From: Acidimicrobiia bacterium
GTDB lineage: Bacteria > Actinomycetota > Acidimicrobiia > Spongiisociales > JAHEDJ01
Length of the DNA: 64,000 nucleotides
Reading direction: 5' to 3'
Assembly (NCBI GenBank): GCA_029210695.1
Contig: JARGFH010000005.1
Span: forward strand, 48,834 to 112,833
The position numbers and the translations under genes are program-made. The notes beneath the pieces are model-generated. The model made no database searches. It saw only the letters and a program-made list of their open reading frames with translations, and was not told the origin of the DNA. Positions 12,750 to 21,752 of the stretch are shown here, piece by piece (position 1 is the first letter of the stretch; each line of letters opens with the position of its first letter).

Positions 12750-14621
12750 TTAGAACGAGGCGATCAGGCCGGACCAGGGTGGGACTGCGGCGACGCGAAG
12801 GTCGAGCGGTTCGGGCGACACCTCGCCGGTGCCGTGCAGGATATCGACCCGGTCGGCCGTCACCGGGATGAAACAAGACAGAGCCTCCTCGGCTCGATTG
12901 ACGATGACCAGGAGGCGCTCATCTGCGTTCGTTCTCGTGAAGGCGAAGGCATCGCTGTCGAGGTAGACGACCTCGAACGTCCCATACCGGAGGGCGGGGT
13001 GATCTCTGCGGAGCCGGCCCAGAGTCCTGGTCTGGGTCAGGAGATCCTGATTCCACGATTGCTCGTCGTGCCACGGGAAGGCTCCCCGGGATCCGGGGTC
13101 CGATCCTCCGGTCATGCCGACCTCGTCTCCGTAGTACAACCCGGGGGCACCCGGCACGGTCATTTGGGCGAAGACGGCCAGCGCGAGGCGCTGTGCGTCA
13201 TCGCCGGCCATCGTGAGAAATCGCTCGGTGTCGTGGCTGCCGATCAGATTCTGGCTCGCCAGGACGACCTCGGGCGCATACCTCGCATGCATCCGGGTGA
13301 GGCCTTCGACAAAACGGTCGGCGTCGATCGTCGGTTCGGCGAAGAAATCGACGGCCAACTCCCGGAATTGATAGTTCATGGTGGCGTCGAATCGATCCCC
13401 CTGGAGCCACGGCATCGCATCCCCCATGATTTCGGCGATTAGGTACGTGTCCGGGTCGACCGACTTGACGGCCCGGCGGAAGTCGACCCAGAAATCGTGG
13501 TCGATGTAGCGCGCCACATCCATCCGCCAGCCGTCGATGTCGTAGTTGGTAATCCAGTGAGTGGCCACCTCGAGGAAGTACTGCCGGGCATCCGGATTGG
13601 TGAGCACCAATCTCGGCATGGTCGGCACTCGATACCAAGAGGCGAAGGATGGCTCGACCGGTGGGCCGTCATCATCGGATTCGATCAGGGTCAATCCGGA
13701 GGCCTTGATGGTGTTCACCTGGTAGTCCAGGAATTGTTCGGCCCGCTCGCCGTAGAGATCTCGCGCGACGCGCGGCCGGATCTGCACCGTGAGCGGGTAT
13801 GAGTGGACGTCGAACCAATCCCAATAATCCGAAGCGGGGCCATTTGCGATCATGTCCTGAAAAGCGAAGAAGTGCGGATGGCAGTGATTGAAGGAAGCGT
13901 CCAGTATCACCTTGATGTCCCGGGAGTGCAGCGCCTCGACCATTTCCCTCAACGCTTCATTACCGCCCAGGCGTTGATCGACCTCGTAATAGTCGACGGC
14001 GTCGTAGCGATGCACCGACAGTGAACGGAATACCGGGTTGAGATACACGGCATCGATCCCGAGGTCCGCCAGGTAGTCAGCCTTCTGGGCAATCCCACGG
14101 AGGTCGCCACCCTGGAATCGGCGGGGGTGCGGTGGGCTGCCCCACGGGTCGGCGTCGGACGGGGTCAGCGTCGGGTCACCGCTGGCGAAGCGATCAGGGA
14201 ATATCTGATAGATAACTGCGCCGCGTGCCCACTGCGGTACCTCCACGTGCTGCGTCTGCGCCACATCGAGACCCCAGTAGTCGAGGCGCTCGGCCGCGTT
14301 CGTTATGCCGGAAGGAACCAGGTACACGGGTTGATCGCTGCCGAACCGGAGGGCGAACGAGTACTCGAAAGTGGATCCTGCCGGGTCGACGGTTGCCTCC
14401 CAGTAGATGAAACGCCGGTCCTCGGCATAGCGGTCCATGGTCGTGCCGGACCCATCGAGTCGGGCGAGCACCGCTTCGGTGAAACCATGTTCGGTGATGA
14501 GTCTGAAGCGTATGCTTCCGTCTGCTCGGCGCTCGCAGAAGGCAACGTCGGACGGGTCGTAGCGGACGTCGTAGGGGAAGAGATGTCCAGGTCTTCTGTA
14601 GTACTGGTAGACGCGCTCCAC
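12750..14621 (-). CDS. GH13 alpha-amylase family, neopullulanase/cyclomaltodextrinase-like (cytoplasmic)
   Basis: IYQIFPDRFA, GGDLRGI, HRYDAVDY, LDASFNH, DGWRMDVA, AEIMG, LIGSHDTER, YYGDEVGM. Confidence 0.92.
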   Translation of the reverse strand: MERVYQYYRRPGHLFPYDVRYDPSDVAFCERRADGSIRFRLITEHGFTEAVLARLDGSGTTMDRYAEDRRFIYWEATVDPAGSTFEYSFALRFGSDQPVYLVPSGITNAAERLDYWGLDVAQTQHVEVPQWARGAVIYQIFPDRFASGDPTLTPSDADPWGSPPHPRRFQGGDLRGIAQKADYLADLGIDAVYLNPVFRSLSVHRYDAVDYYEVDQRLGGNEALREMVEALHSRDIKVILDASFNHCHPHFFAFQDMIANGPASDYWDWFDVHSYPLTVQIRPRVARDLYGERAEQFLDYQVNTIKASGLTLIESDDDGPPVEPSFASWYRVPTMPRLVLTNPDARQYFLEVATHWITNYDIDGWRMDVARYIDHDFWVDFRRAVKSVDPDTYLIAEIMGDAMPWLQGDRFDATMNYQFRELAVDFFAEPTIDADRFVEGLTRMHARYAPEVVLASQNLIGSHDTERFLTMAGDDAQRLALAVFAQMTVPGAPGLYYGDEVGMTGGSDPGSRGAFPWHDEQSWNQDLLTQTRTLGRLRRDHPALRYGTFEVVYLDSDAFAFTRTNADERLLVIVNRAEEALSCFIPVTADRVDILHGTGEVSPEPLDLRVAAVPPWSGLIASF

Positions 14622-14638
14622 GGTCTCAGGGCCTCTGT

Positions 14639-15073
14639 CTATGACAATCGCCCGGCGAAACCTTCGACCTGACCAGGTAAACCGTTACCCAGGGCTTGCG
14701 TGATCACCGGGAAGAACAGCGTCGCCAGGAACCCTTTCGAGCGGAGCAGCACATGCACGTCGACGGCGACTCCGGTTTCGGCCTCTGTGAGCTTCGTGGT
14801 GATGCGGCCGGTCACCTCACTGGTGGCGATTTCGATGGCCATCATCGAGGGATTGGTCGATTCCACCGTCACGGCTGTGCCCTCATACACCTGAGAGGCG
14901 GCTGTAGCTCTGAACCGATAGGCGGTCAACAAACCATCCGGATCGTGGTGGACGTCGAAGACCTCTTCGACTCCGGCGAGGCCCTCCCAGGTCTCCGGCA
15001 GTTGAAGCTGTTGCCAGGCGAATTGGCGGGTCGTCGGCGCAATCACCGTATGCGAGAACTCGGCAGAGGACAC
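14639..15073 (-). CDS. SRPBCC/START-like ligand-binding protein
   Basis: 144 aa, AWQQLQLPETWEGLAGV pattern and C-terminal helix typical of CoxG/SRPBCC. Confidence 0.55.
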   Translation of the reverse strand: MSSAEFSHTVIAPTTRQFAWQQLQLPETWEGLAGVEEVFDVHHDPDGLLTAYRFRATAASQVYEGTAVTVESTNPSMMAIEIATSEVTGRITTKLTEAETGVAVDVHVLLRSKGFLATLFFPVITQALGNGLPGQVEGFAGRLS

Positions 15074-15129
15074 GGCGGGAGCGTATGACCCGAATCAGCG
15101 TGATGCAAGCTCCCGGTTAGCCTGATGGG

Positions 15130-15669
15130 GTGATCAACCCGACAGATTTCGTACGACTGACCCTCGATCCGGTTCGACTCGCCATCCTCGGCCGGGCAGC
15201 CCTGGGTCCGGTAGATGCAACCGAACTCGCCGGGGTTCTGGGAACCCACACCAAGCAGGTTCTATCCGGCATCGCCCGGCTGCGTGAAGCCGGCCTACTG
15301 ACCGAAGAGAACACGCTCAACCGGGAAGCGTTGCGGGAGCTGGCACTGGCGCTCCCGGACGATGCCGGTGTCGATCCGGCCGTCGTTGAGGGGCCGTGGT
15401 CGACTGAGGAAGTCCAGGTGCTGTCACGGTTCTTCTCGGGTTCAAAACTCACGTCTATTCCAACGAACCGTTCGAAACGGCTCGTGGTTCTCGACCGGCT
15501 GGCGACGGAATTCGAACCCGGTCTGCGCTATACCGAACGCCACGTGAACCTGATCCTCAAGTCATTTCACCCGGACTTCGCGGCTCTGCGACGGTATCTC
15601 GTGGACGACGGGTTCCTGACCAGGGCCGACGGTGTCTACTGGCGCAGCGGCGGCCGTACCGGCGGCTGA
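15130..15669 (+). CDS. DUF2087 domain protein with N-terminal wHTH
   Basis: KLTSIPTNRSKRLVVL, YTERHVNLIL, HPDFAALRRYLVDDGFLTRADGVYWR. Confidence 0.85.
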   Translation: MINPTDFVRLTLDPVRLAILGRAALGPVDATELAGVLGTHTKQVLSGIARLREAGLLTEENTLNREALRELALALPDDAGVDPAVVEGPWSTEEVQVLSRFFSGSKLTSIPTNRSKRLVVLDRLATEFEPGLRYTERHVNLILKSFHPDFAALRRYLVDDGFLTRADGVYWRSGGRTGG

Positions 15670-15809
15670 CCCTTCCAGGATTGCTGGTTCTGCGCGATCA
15701 TGGTGTTGCGGCCTCCGGGTGAGAGGGCGGTGTTTGGGAGTTCACCCGGTGGTTGCTCTTCTCCGATGTCCATGACCCGTGACTTCTGGTTCCTGGTACC
15801 TTCTTGTCC

Positions 15810-16652
15810 ATGTCTGGACTTCTCGCATTTCATGCCCATCCCGATGATGAGGCCACCTCGACCGGAGGGACGCTGGCCCACTACGCCGACGCCGGCGAGC
15901 GGGTCGTCGTTGTCACTGCCACCGACGGCGCGGTGGGGGAGATCCACAACTACGACGATCCCGAGGAACTCCTGCCGCAGCTGGCCGAAATGCGCGCAGT
16001 TGAGATGGCAAAGGCGGCGGCCATCCTGGGTGTGGAGCACGAGTTCCTGGGGTACCGGGACTCGGGGATGATGGGAACCGAGGACAACCAACACCCCGAT
16101 TGCTTCTGGCAGGCCGACTTCATGGAAGCGACGGGCCGGCTCGTGCGGCTCATCCGCAAATACCAGCCGGAGGTCATGGTCATCTACGACCCGTTCGGAG
16201 GATACGGGCACCCCGACCACATCCAAGTTCACAGAGTCGGGCTGGCGGCGTTCTACGCAGCGTCCGACCTGTCTCGGTTCCCCCTCACAGGCGGTGAGAT
16301 CGAGTGGACCCCACCGAAGCTGTATTGGACGGCCTGGGCCCGGTCGCGGATGGCGGCCTTCGCCGAGGCGCGTCATGAGGCGGGACTGATCTCAGCCGAC
16401 GATCGCGATCGGATGCAACGCGGGGGAACCGCCGATGAGTACATCCATGCGTGGGTCGACATCCGGTCGCAACTGGATCGCAAATTCGATGCCCTCCGGG
16501 CGCACCGCACGCAGATCCCGGCCGACTGGTGGCTGTTTCAGGTCCCCGAAGAGTTGCGACCGGAGATCTTCGGCCGCGAGAGCTACATCCGCGTATTCAG
16601 CCGGGTCGAGGTACCGACGCCCGAGGACGACCTGTTCGCCGGCCTCCGTTGA
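15810..16652 (+). CDS. PIG-L family deacetylase, mycothiol conjugate amidase Mca/MshB-like
   Basis: FHAHPDDE, LGYRDSGM, GGYGHPDHI, ALRAHRTQI. Confidence 0.88.
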   Translation: MSGLLAFHAHPDDEATSTGGTLAHYADAGERVVVVTATDGAVGEIHNYDDPEELLPQLAEMRAVEMAKAAAILGVEHEFLGYRDSGMMGTEDNQHPDCFWQADFMEATGRLVRLIRKYQPEVMVIYDPFGGYGHPDHIQVHRVGLAAFYAASDLSRFPLTGGEIEWTPPKLYWTAWARSRMAAFAEARHEAGLISADDRDRMQRGGTADEYIHAWVDIRSQLDRKFDALRAHRTQIPADWWLFQVPEELRPEIFGRESYIRVFSRVEVPTPEDDLFAGLR

Positions 16653-16661
16653 GTTCCAGAC

Positions 16662-16772
16662 TTTTCTCCGCAATGCAATGGCGCGTGGCAATACACAGTA
16701 TTGCGCAGAAACCTGGGTCTGAATTCTCCGCAATGCAATGGCGCGTGGTGATTAACAGTATTGCCGAGAAAA
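16662..16772. repeat. REP-like palindrome, family B, tandem pair 1
   Basis: Two ~50-bp units TTCTCCGCAATGCAATGGCGCGTGG...CAGTATTGC(G/C)(C/G)AGAAA, period ~60. Confidence 0.9.
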
Positions 16773-16803
16773 CAGGCTCCTCGACCCGTTACCCTGCTCA
16801 GCA

Positions 16804-18402
16804 ATGTTGATCGTTCGCGACCTCCGGATTGAGGTTGGGCCCCGTGTACTCCTCGACGGGGCCTCATTTACGCTGCAATCTGGAGACAAGGTGGGGCTGG
16901 TCGGGCGCAACGGCGCCGGAAAAACCACGCTCATGCGGACTCTGGTCGGATTCCAGTCTCCTGCCGACGGGTCGGTCATCCGGTCCGGCAACCTCGGCTA
17001 CTTTTCGCAGGAAGCGGCCCTGCCGGACCTCGAGCGCCCCGACCTGACCGGCCTCGAACGGATTCTGGCCGCCCGGGAGATCGGAGCCATGCTGCGCCGC
17101 ATCGAGGACACCCGCCGCAAGATCGAGCGTCTCGACGGCAAGGCGCGTGACGAGGCGATCAAGCGCTTTGCGCGTCTGCAGGACGAGTTCGAGGCCAAAG
17201 GCGGTTTTCCCGCCGAAGCCGAGGCCAAGCGCACCGCCGCCTCCCTCGGCATCGGCAACGACGAGCTCTCCCAGCCGGTCGCCACGATGTCAGGTGGTCA
17301 ACGGCGCCGGACCGAGTTAGCTCGCATTCTCTTCGCCGAGAGCGACACGATGCTGCTCGATGAGCCGACCAATCACCTGGACATGGACGCAAAAACCTGG
17401 CTCATGAGTTACCTCGCCTCCTATCGCGGCGCCCTACTGGTCGTCAGTCACGACCTGCCGCTCCTCGACGAGTCGATCACGTCCGTCCTCTCATTGGAGG
17501 GCGGGGATCTCGACGCCTATCGGGGCAACTATTCCCATTTCGTCTCCGAACGCGAGCGTCGCCGAGTCCAGAAGGAGCGAGAGCGGCGCCACCAGGACGT
17601 CAAGATCGCTCAGCTCCAGGGCACGATCAACCGCTTCAAAGGCAAGACCGAGAAAATGGCGCGCAAGGCCAAAGTGATGGAGACCAGGGTGGAGCGGATC
17701 AAGCGCGACCTCATCGAGGTGGGAGGACGTGGCAAGAACGTCTCGGTCAGGTTCCCGCAACCGGAACCCTCTGGAAGAACACCCCTGAACGCCGGCGGCC
17801 TCGCCAAGTCCTACGGTGACAACCTCGTATTTGTCGACGTTGATGTCGACATCGACCGGGGTGAATGCATGCTCATCATGGGGCTCAACGGCGCTGGGAA
17901 GACGACGCTGTTGCGTGTGCTGGCGGGTGTTGAGACACCCGACCTCGGCGAGGTCACGCTCGGGCACAATGCTTCGCTCGGGTACTACGCACAGGAGCAC
18001 GAGCAGATCCACAACGGAATGACCGTTCTCGATCACCTGCGCCAGGTGTCAGATCAACCCGACCGGATGCTGCGAACCGTCCTTGGTCACTTCCTGTTGG
18101 CCGACAAGATCGAACAGGACGCCGGAACGCTCTCGGGTGGCGAGAAGACCAAGCTCGCCCTCGCCCAGGTCGTGCTCGCTCGCCCCAACGTCTTGCTGCT
18201 GGATGAGCCGACCAACAACCTCGATCCCCAAGCGAAGGAGGCTCTCCTCGGCGCGTTGCATCAGTATCAGGGCACGATCATCCTCGTGAGTCACGACACC
18301 GAGTTCGTCGCCGAGGTGCAGCCAGACCGGGCCATCATGATGCCGGACGGTGAGGTCTTCTACTTCGATGAGTCGCTGCTGGAGCTAGTGGCTCTGGCGT
18401 AG
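16804..18402 (+). CDS. ABC-F family ATPase (two NBDs, no TM)
   Basis: GRNGAGKTT/MSGGQRRR/LLDEPTNHLD and GLNGAGKTT/LSGGEK/LLDEPTNNLD with inter-domain linker. Confidence 0.93.
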   Translation: MLIVRDLRIEVGPRVLLDGASFTLQSGDKVGLVGRNGAGKTTLMRTLVGFQSPADGSVIRSGNLGYFSQEAALPDLERPDLTGLERILAAREIGAMLRRIEDTRRKIERLDGKARDEAIKRFARLQDEFEAKGGFPAEAEAKRTAASLGIGNDELSQPVATMSGGQRRRTELARILFAESDTMLLDEPTNHLDMDAKTWLMSYLASYRGALLVVSHDLPLLDESITSVLSLEGGDLDAYRGNYSHFVSERERRRVQKERERRHQDVKIAQLQGTINRFKGKTEKMARKAKVMETRVERIKRDLIEVGGRGKNVSVRFPQPEPSGRTPLNAGGLAKSYGDNLVFVDVDVDIDRGECMLIMGLNGAGKTTLLRVLAGVETPDLGEVTLGHNASLGYYAQEHEQIHNGMTVLDHLRQVSDQPDRMLRTVLGHFLLADKIEQDAGTLSGGEKTKLALAQVVLARPNVLLLDEPTNNLDPQAKEALLGALHQYQGTIILVSHDTEFVAEVQPDRAIMMPDGEVFYFDESLLELVALA

Positions 18403-19116
18403 CTCCTGGGCGATAGGGGCGTCGCCCTGCCGCCTCGAACCCGTTGCCACCCGGTAGCCGGTCCACAGCAGCACCGCCCCGATCAGGAGCGCCACCGCGA
18501 ACCCGGCCGCTTCCCCGAGCGCGGTCAGCGAACCGCCAAAGGCAGGCGAGAGGGTTCCCAGCACAATCAGCAGGTTGCCGACGGCCAGCATCCGATTGGA
18601 ACTCCAGACCTTCACTGCGCTGAATCCGGCGAGTCCAACGATGATCAGCGTGGCCACGCCACCGGCCAGCGCCGCGAACAGCCGTGGGCCAGGGACGGAA
18701 ACCCCTCCGACCTCGATGATGAAGTCGAAAAGCTCCTTTCCCTCCGGGACTCCGTCGGTCGCCGTCGATCCCTTCAGCGGCGCCAGCCAGGTGGCAGCCA
18801 ACCCCAGCGCCGACCACAGGCCGACGCCGTACGCGAATCGCCGGCCGGCGATCGGTCCGAGCACCAAAAACACCGATCCGGCGGCGAGGAAAGGGATGTT
18901 GACGATGGCGCCGAGCCAGTAGAACAGCCTGAAGTTGAGCGCACCCCAGCCCACGGCCAGTCCAAGCACGAGGGCCCACGAAGCGAGGGCGTAGGCCCCC
19001 ATGGCCGTTGCCCACATGATGGCGTGCGGGCGAGGTCGTCTTCGCCAGTCGAGGGCTAGATCGAGGGCGAAGCCGGTGGCTGCCAGCGCGGCGAGCAGCG
19101 GGACGAGGTAATTCAC
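18385..19116 (-). CDS. Hypothetical integral membrane protein
   Basis: 243 aa, about 7 hydrophobic segments, codon pattern consistent with coding. Confidence 0.75.
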   Translation of the reverse strand: MNYLVPLLAALAATGFALDLALDWRRRPRPHAIMWATAMGAYALASWALVLGLAVGWGALNFRLFYWLGAIVNIPFLAAGSVFLVLGPIAGRRFAYGVGLWSALGLAATWLAPLKGSTATDGVPEGKELFDFIIEVGGVSVPGPRLFAALAGGVATLIIVGLAGFSAVKVWSSNRMLAVGNLLIVLGTLSPAFGGSLTALGEAAGFAVALLIGAVLLWTGYRVATGSRRQGDAPIAQELRQSH

Positions 19117-19182
19117 GGCGTCACCCTACCGGCGAGGCATCCGACAGGGAGTCGGCTCGAGGCGATGACATAATGCCTCCTC

Positions 19183-19404
19183 GTGAGCCAGACGATCGAC
19201 GACCAACAACTCTCCAGACTCCGCTGGATCGGCCGCCGGCTGATTCTCCTCGGGGTCTCAGTTTGGGCGGTCTGGCTGATCGTCAAAGCAACAGGAGGCG
19301 ATCCGCAGGTCGAGCACTATCTGCCGTTTCATCTCGGTGGTGTGCTTCCTGGTTCGATCATGGCCCGGTGGAGCAGCGTCCGGAAGATCTTCCGGAGGGG
19401 TTGA
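19183..19404 (+). CDS. Small hypothetical membrane protein
   Basis: 73 aa, two hydrophobic segments, fills the gap between flanking genes. Confidence 0.6.
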   Translation: MSQTIDDQQLSRLRWIGRRLILLGVSVWAVWLIVKATGGDPQVEHYLPFHLGGVLPGSIMARWSSVRKIFRRG

Positions 19405-19419
19405 GGCGGAGGCCACGGG

Positions 19420-19920
19420 CTACGAACGTCCGCCCATCAGCGCCAGCCAGCCATCCGCCACCCGGCCGAACGGTTCGCGCAAGCCCTCCAGCGCGATGTG
19501 CACATCTGCGGCCGTCACCCTGGCCTTGTCTACCCAGAAATCCGGGTAGGCGAGCGACGTCTGGTGCAGGAGGAACTCGTCCTCATCCTCGATCATCACG
19601 GTCCCGTCGGTGAGGCGCACGACGTCGAGATCGAGATCGACCATCGTCACATAGTCCGTCCGCTCCCACACGGCCGGCGTGATGATGTCGACGTAGTGCG
19701 AAGTGCGGTGCTCGGTGTTGCGAACCACCGTCCACCAGCGCCCGGGAGCGACGCACTGCACGAAGAACCCCTCCATCGCTTTGGCGGGCTCGGTGCCTTT
19801 GCGCAGCTCGGTCCCGGTCGGGACCCCGAGCCAGGTGCCGAACTCGTCATCGCCGAGCAGTTCGGCTTCGTAGTTCCAGTGGAGGGTGTCGGGATGCTTG
19901 CGATACTCAACCGTGATCAT
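19420..19920 (-). CDS. DUF402 domain protein
   Basis: YRKHPDTLHW, DEFGTWLG, YVDIITP, VDLDLDV, DEDEF. Confidence 0.85.
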   Translation of the reverse strand: MITVEYRKHPDTLHWNYEAELLGDDEFGTWLGVPTGTELRKGTEPAKAMEGFFVQCVAPGRWWTVVRNTEHRTSHYVDIITPAVWERTDYVTMVDLDLDVVRLTDGTVMIEDEDEFLLHQTSLAYPDFWVDKARVTAADVHIALEGLREPFGRVADGWLALMGGRS

Positions 19921-19939
19921 CGGGCGTATCCTGGTCGCG

Positions 19940-20629
19940 ATGGACGCTCTCGTCGAGTACGCGCAGGAAGCACTGAGTTCGAGAGCCGACGCGGCGAAGG
20001 CTGCGCAGATGGCTGCCTACATGAAGACCGACATGCCGTTCTACGGCGTGCAAACGCCCGCCCGCCGCCAGATCGCCAGGGAAATGAAGCGGAGGTTCGT
20101 TCCGCGCTCGGCAGGCGAGTACTGCACGATGGTCGAGACGCTCTGGGCCCTTCCTCACCGCGAAGAGAAATACCTTGCCATCGGGCTGGCCGGGGCACAC
20201 CCAGGGTTCGTCACGTTCGAACAGATCGGCCTCTACCGGCGGTTGATCGTCGAGGGCGCATGGTGGGACTTCGTCGACACCGTCGCATCGGGGCTGGTCG
20301 GCCGGGTCCTACGCAACGAGCGGGAAGTGACCCGCCCGGTCCTCGACGAGTGGATAGACGGTGAGGACATGTGGCTTCGCCGCACTGCGATCATCAGCCA
20401 GCTCGAACACAAGGACGCTACGGATGCAGAGATGCTGTTCGACTACTGCTCCAGGCGTGCATTCGAGAAGGAGTTCTTCATCCGCAAGGCGATCGGGTGG
20501 GCGCTGCGCCAGTACGCCAGAACGGATCCAACCGCCGTCACCGCGTTCCTGCTCGAACACCGGGACGAGTTGTCCGGACTGAGCTTCCGGGAGGCGTCCA
20601 AGCATTTGGACCTCAGCAGTATGCAGTAG
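19940..20629 (+). CDS. DNA alkylation repair protein, AlkD-like
   Basis: MAAYMK..FYGV, REEKYLAI, WWDFVD, WLRRTAI, EFFIRKAIGWALRQY. Confidence 0.88.
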   Translation: MDALVEYAQEALSSRADAAKAAQMAAYMKTDMPFYGVQTPARRQIAREMKRRFVPRSAGEYCTMVETLWALPHREEKYLAIGLAGAHPGFVTFEQIGLYRRLIVEGAWWDFVDTVASGLVGRVLRNEREVTRPVLDEWIDGEDMWLRRTAIISQLEHKDATDAEMLFDYCSRRAFEKEFFIRKAIGWALRQYARTDPTAVTAFLLEHRDELSGLSFREASKHLDLSSMQ

Positions 20630-20690
20630 GCGGTAGGCCGGACGCGACCCGGCCCCCGGGGATGCCGGAGGCCAGGTCACTAATCGCCTG

Positions 20691-20718
20691 TGGCCTATGG
20701 CCTATGGCCTATGGCCTA
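20691..20718. repeat. Heptamer tandem repeat (TGGCCTA)4
   Basis: Four perfect copies, read directly. Confidence 0.95.
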
Positions 20719-20722
20719 TGGC

Positions 20723-20741
20723 GAACCGCCGCAGGCGGTTC
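20723..20741. terminator. Hairpin between convergent alkD-like and korB
   Basis: GAACCGCC-GCA-GGCGGTTC. Confidence 0.6.
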
Positions 20742-21752
20742 CTATTCCACCGTCCAGGTTCCCAGAGAGCCGATGAGTTTCTGGAGGTCGCCGGGGCCTC
20801 GCTTCTCGGTGACCGCCTCGATCTGGCGGGTGACTTCCTTGTCGTAGACCGGGCGGTCGACGTCGCGGAAGATTCCGATCGGGGTCGGCCCATCCGGGTG
20901 TGATGACAGACGGCTCAGCGCAAACGCCATGCTCGGGTTCACTTGCCGTGAGTCGTGCACGTGGATGGTCGACGGATCGACCGAGGCCGTGTCGACGATT
21001 CTGGCCACGCCGCTCTCGATGACTACCGCCTTCTCGCCATCCGGACCGAAAGTGATCGGCTCGCCGTCTTCCATGCGGATCTGGTTGTCGAGGCGCTCTT
21101 CCTTGCCCGTCAATGCCTGGAAGGCTTTGTCGTTGAAGACGTTGCAGTTCTGGTAGATCTCGATGAAGGCGGTGCCCTCGTGTTCGTGAGCCCGCTTCAA
21201 GATGTCGATCGTATGTTTGCGGTCCATATCGATCGTCCTCGCCACGAACGAAGCATCGGCGCCGAGGGCCAGGCTGACCGGATTGAACGGATGGTCGATC
21301 GAGCCGAGCGGGGTCGACTTGGTCGTCTTCCCAACTTCGGAAGTGGGCGAGTACTGGCCCTTGGTCAGGCCGTAGATCTGGTTGTTGAACAGCAAGATCT
21401 TCAGATTCACATTGCGTCGCAAAGAGTGAATCAAGTGATTGCCACCGATGGAGAGCGCGTCGCCGTCACCGGTGACGACCCACACCGACAGATCCGGGTT
21501 GGCGGTGACGACCCCGCTGGCGATCGCCGGCGCCCGGCCGTGAATCGAGTGCATCCCGTACGTGTTCATGTAGTACGGGAAACGCGACGAACAGCCGATT
21601 CCGGAGATGAAGACTACGTCTTCTCTGGCGACACCCATCTCCGCCATATAGGCCTGAACGGAGGCGAGGATCGTGTAGTCCCCACAGCCCGGGCACCACT
21701 TGACTTCCTGGTCCGACTGGAAATCGGCCCGTTTGTAGTTGAGGGTTGTCAT
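20742..21752 (-). CDS. korB: 2-oxoacid:ferredoxin oxidoreductase beta subunit
   Basis: WCPGCGDY, SGIGCSSR, TGDGDALSIGGNH, YGLTKGQYSPT; start re-picked at MTTLNYK. Confidence 0.93.
   Translation of the reverse strand: MTTLNYKRADFQSDQEVKWCPGCGDYTILASVQAYMAEMGVAREDVVFISGIGCSSRFPYYMNTYGMHSIHGRAPAIASGVVTANPDLSVWVVTGDGDALSIGGNHLIHSLRRNVNLKILLFNNQIYGLTKGQYSPTSEVGKTTKSTPLGSIDHPFNPVSLALGADASFVARTIDMDRKHTIDILKRAHEHEGTAFIEIYQNCNVFNDKAFQALTGKEERLDNQIRMEDGEPITFGPDGEKAVVIESGVARIVDTASVDPSTIHVHDSRQVNPSMAFALSRLSSHPDGPTPIGIFRDVDRPVYDKEVTRQIEAVTEKRGPGDLQKLIGSLGTWTVE

Noticed and set aside
15685-15760. GTTCTGCGCGATC resembling a REP arm
   Set aside because: No matching second arm found; at best a degenerate remnant
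16662-16772. Possible mini-CRISPR array (also 43893-44004)
   Set aside because: Only two units per locus, the interiors are conserved rather than unique spacers, units are ~50-bp palindromes, and no cas genes are present
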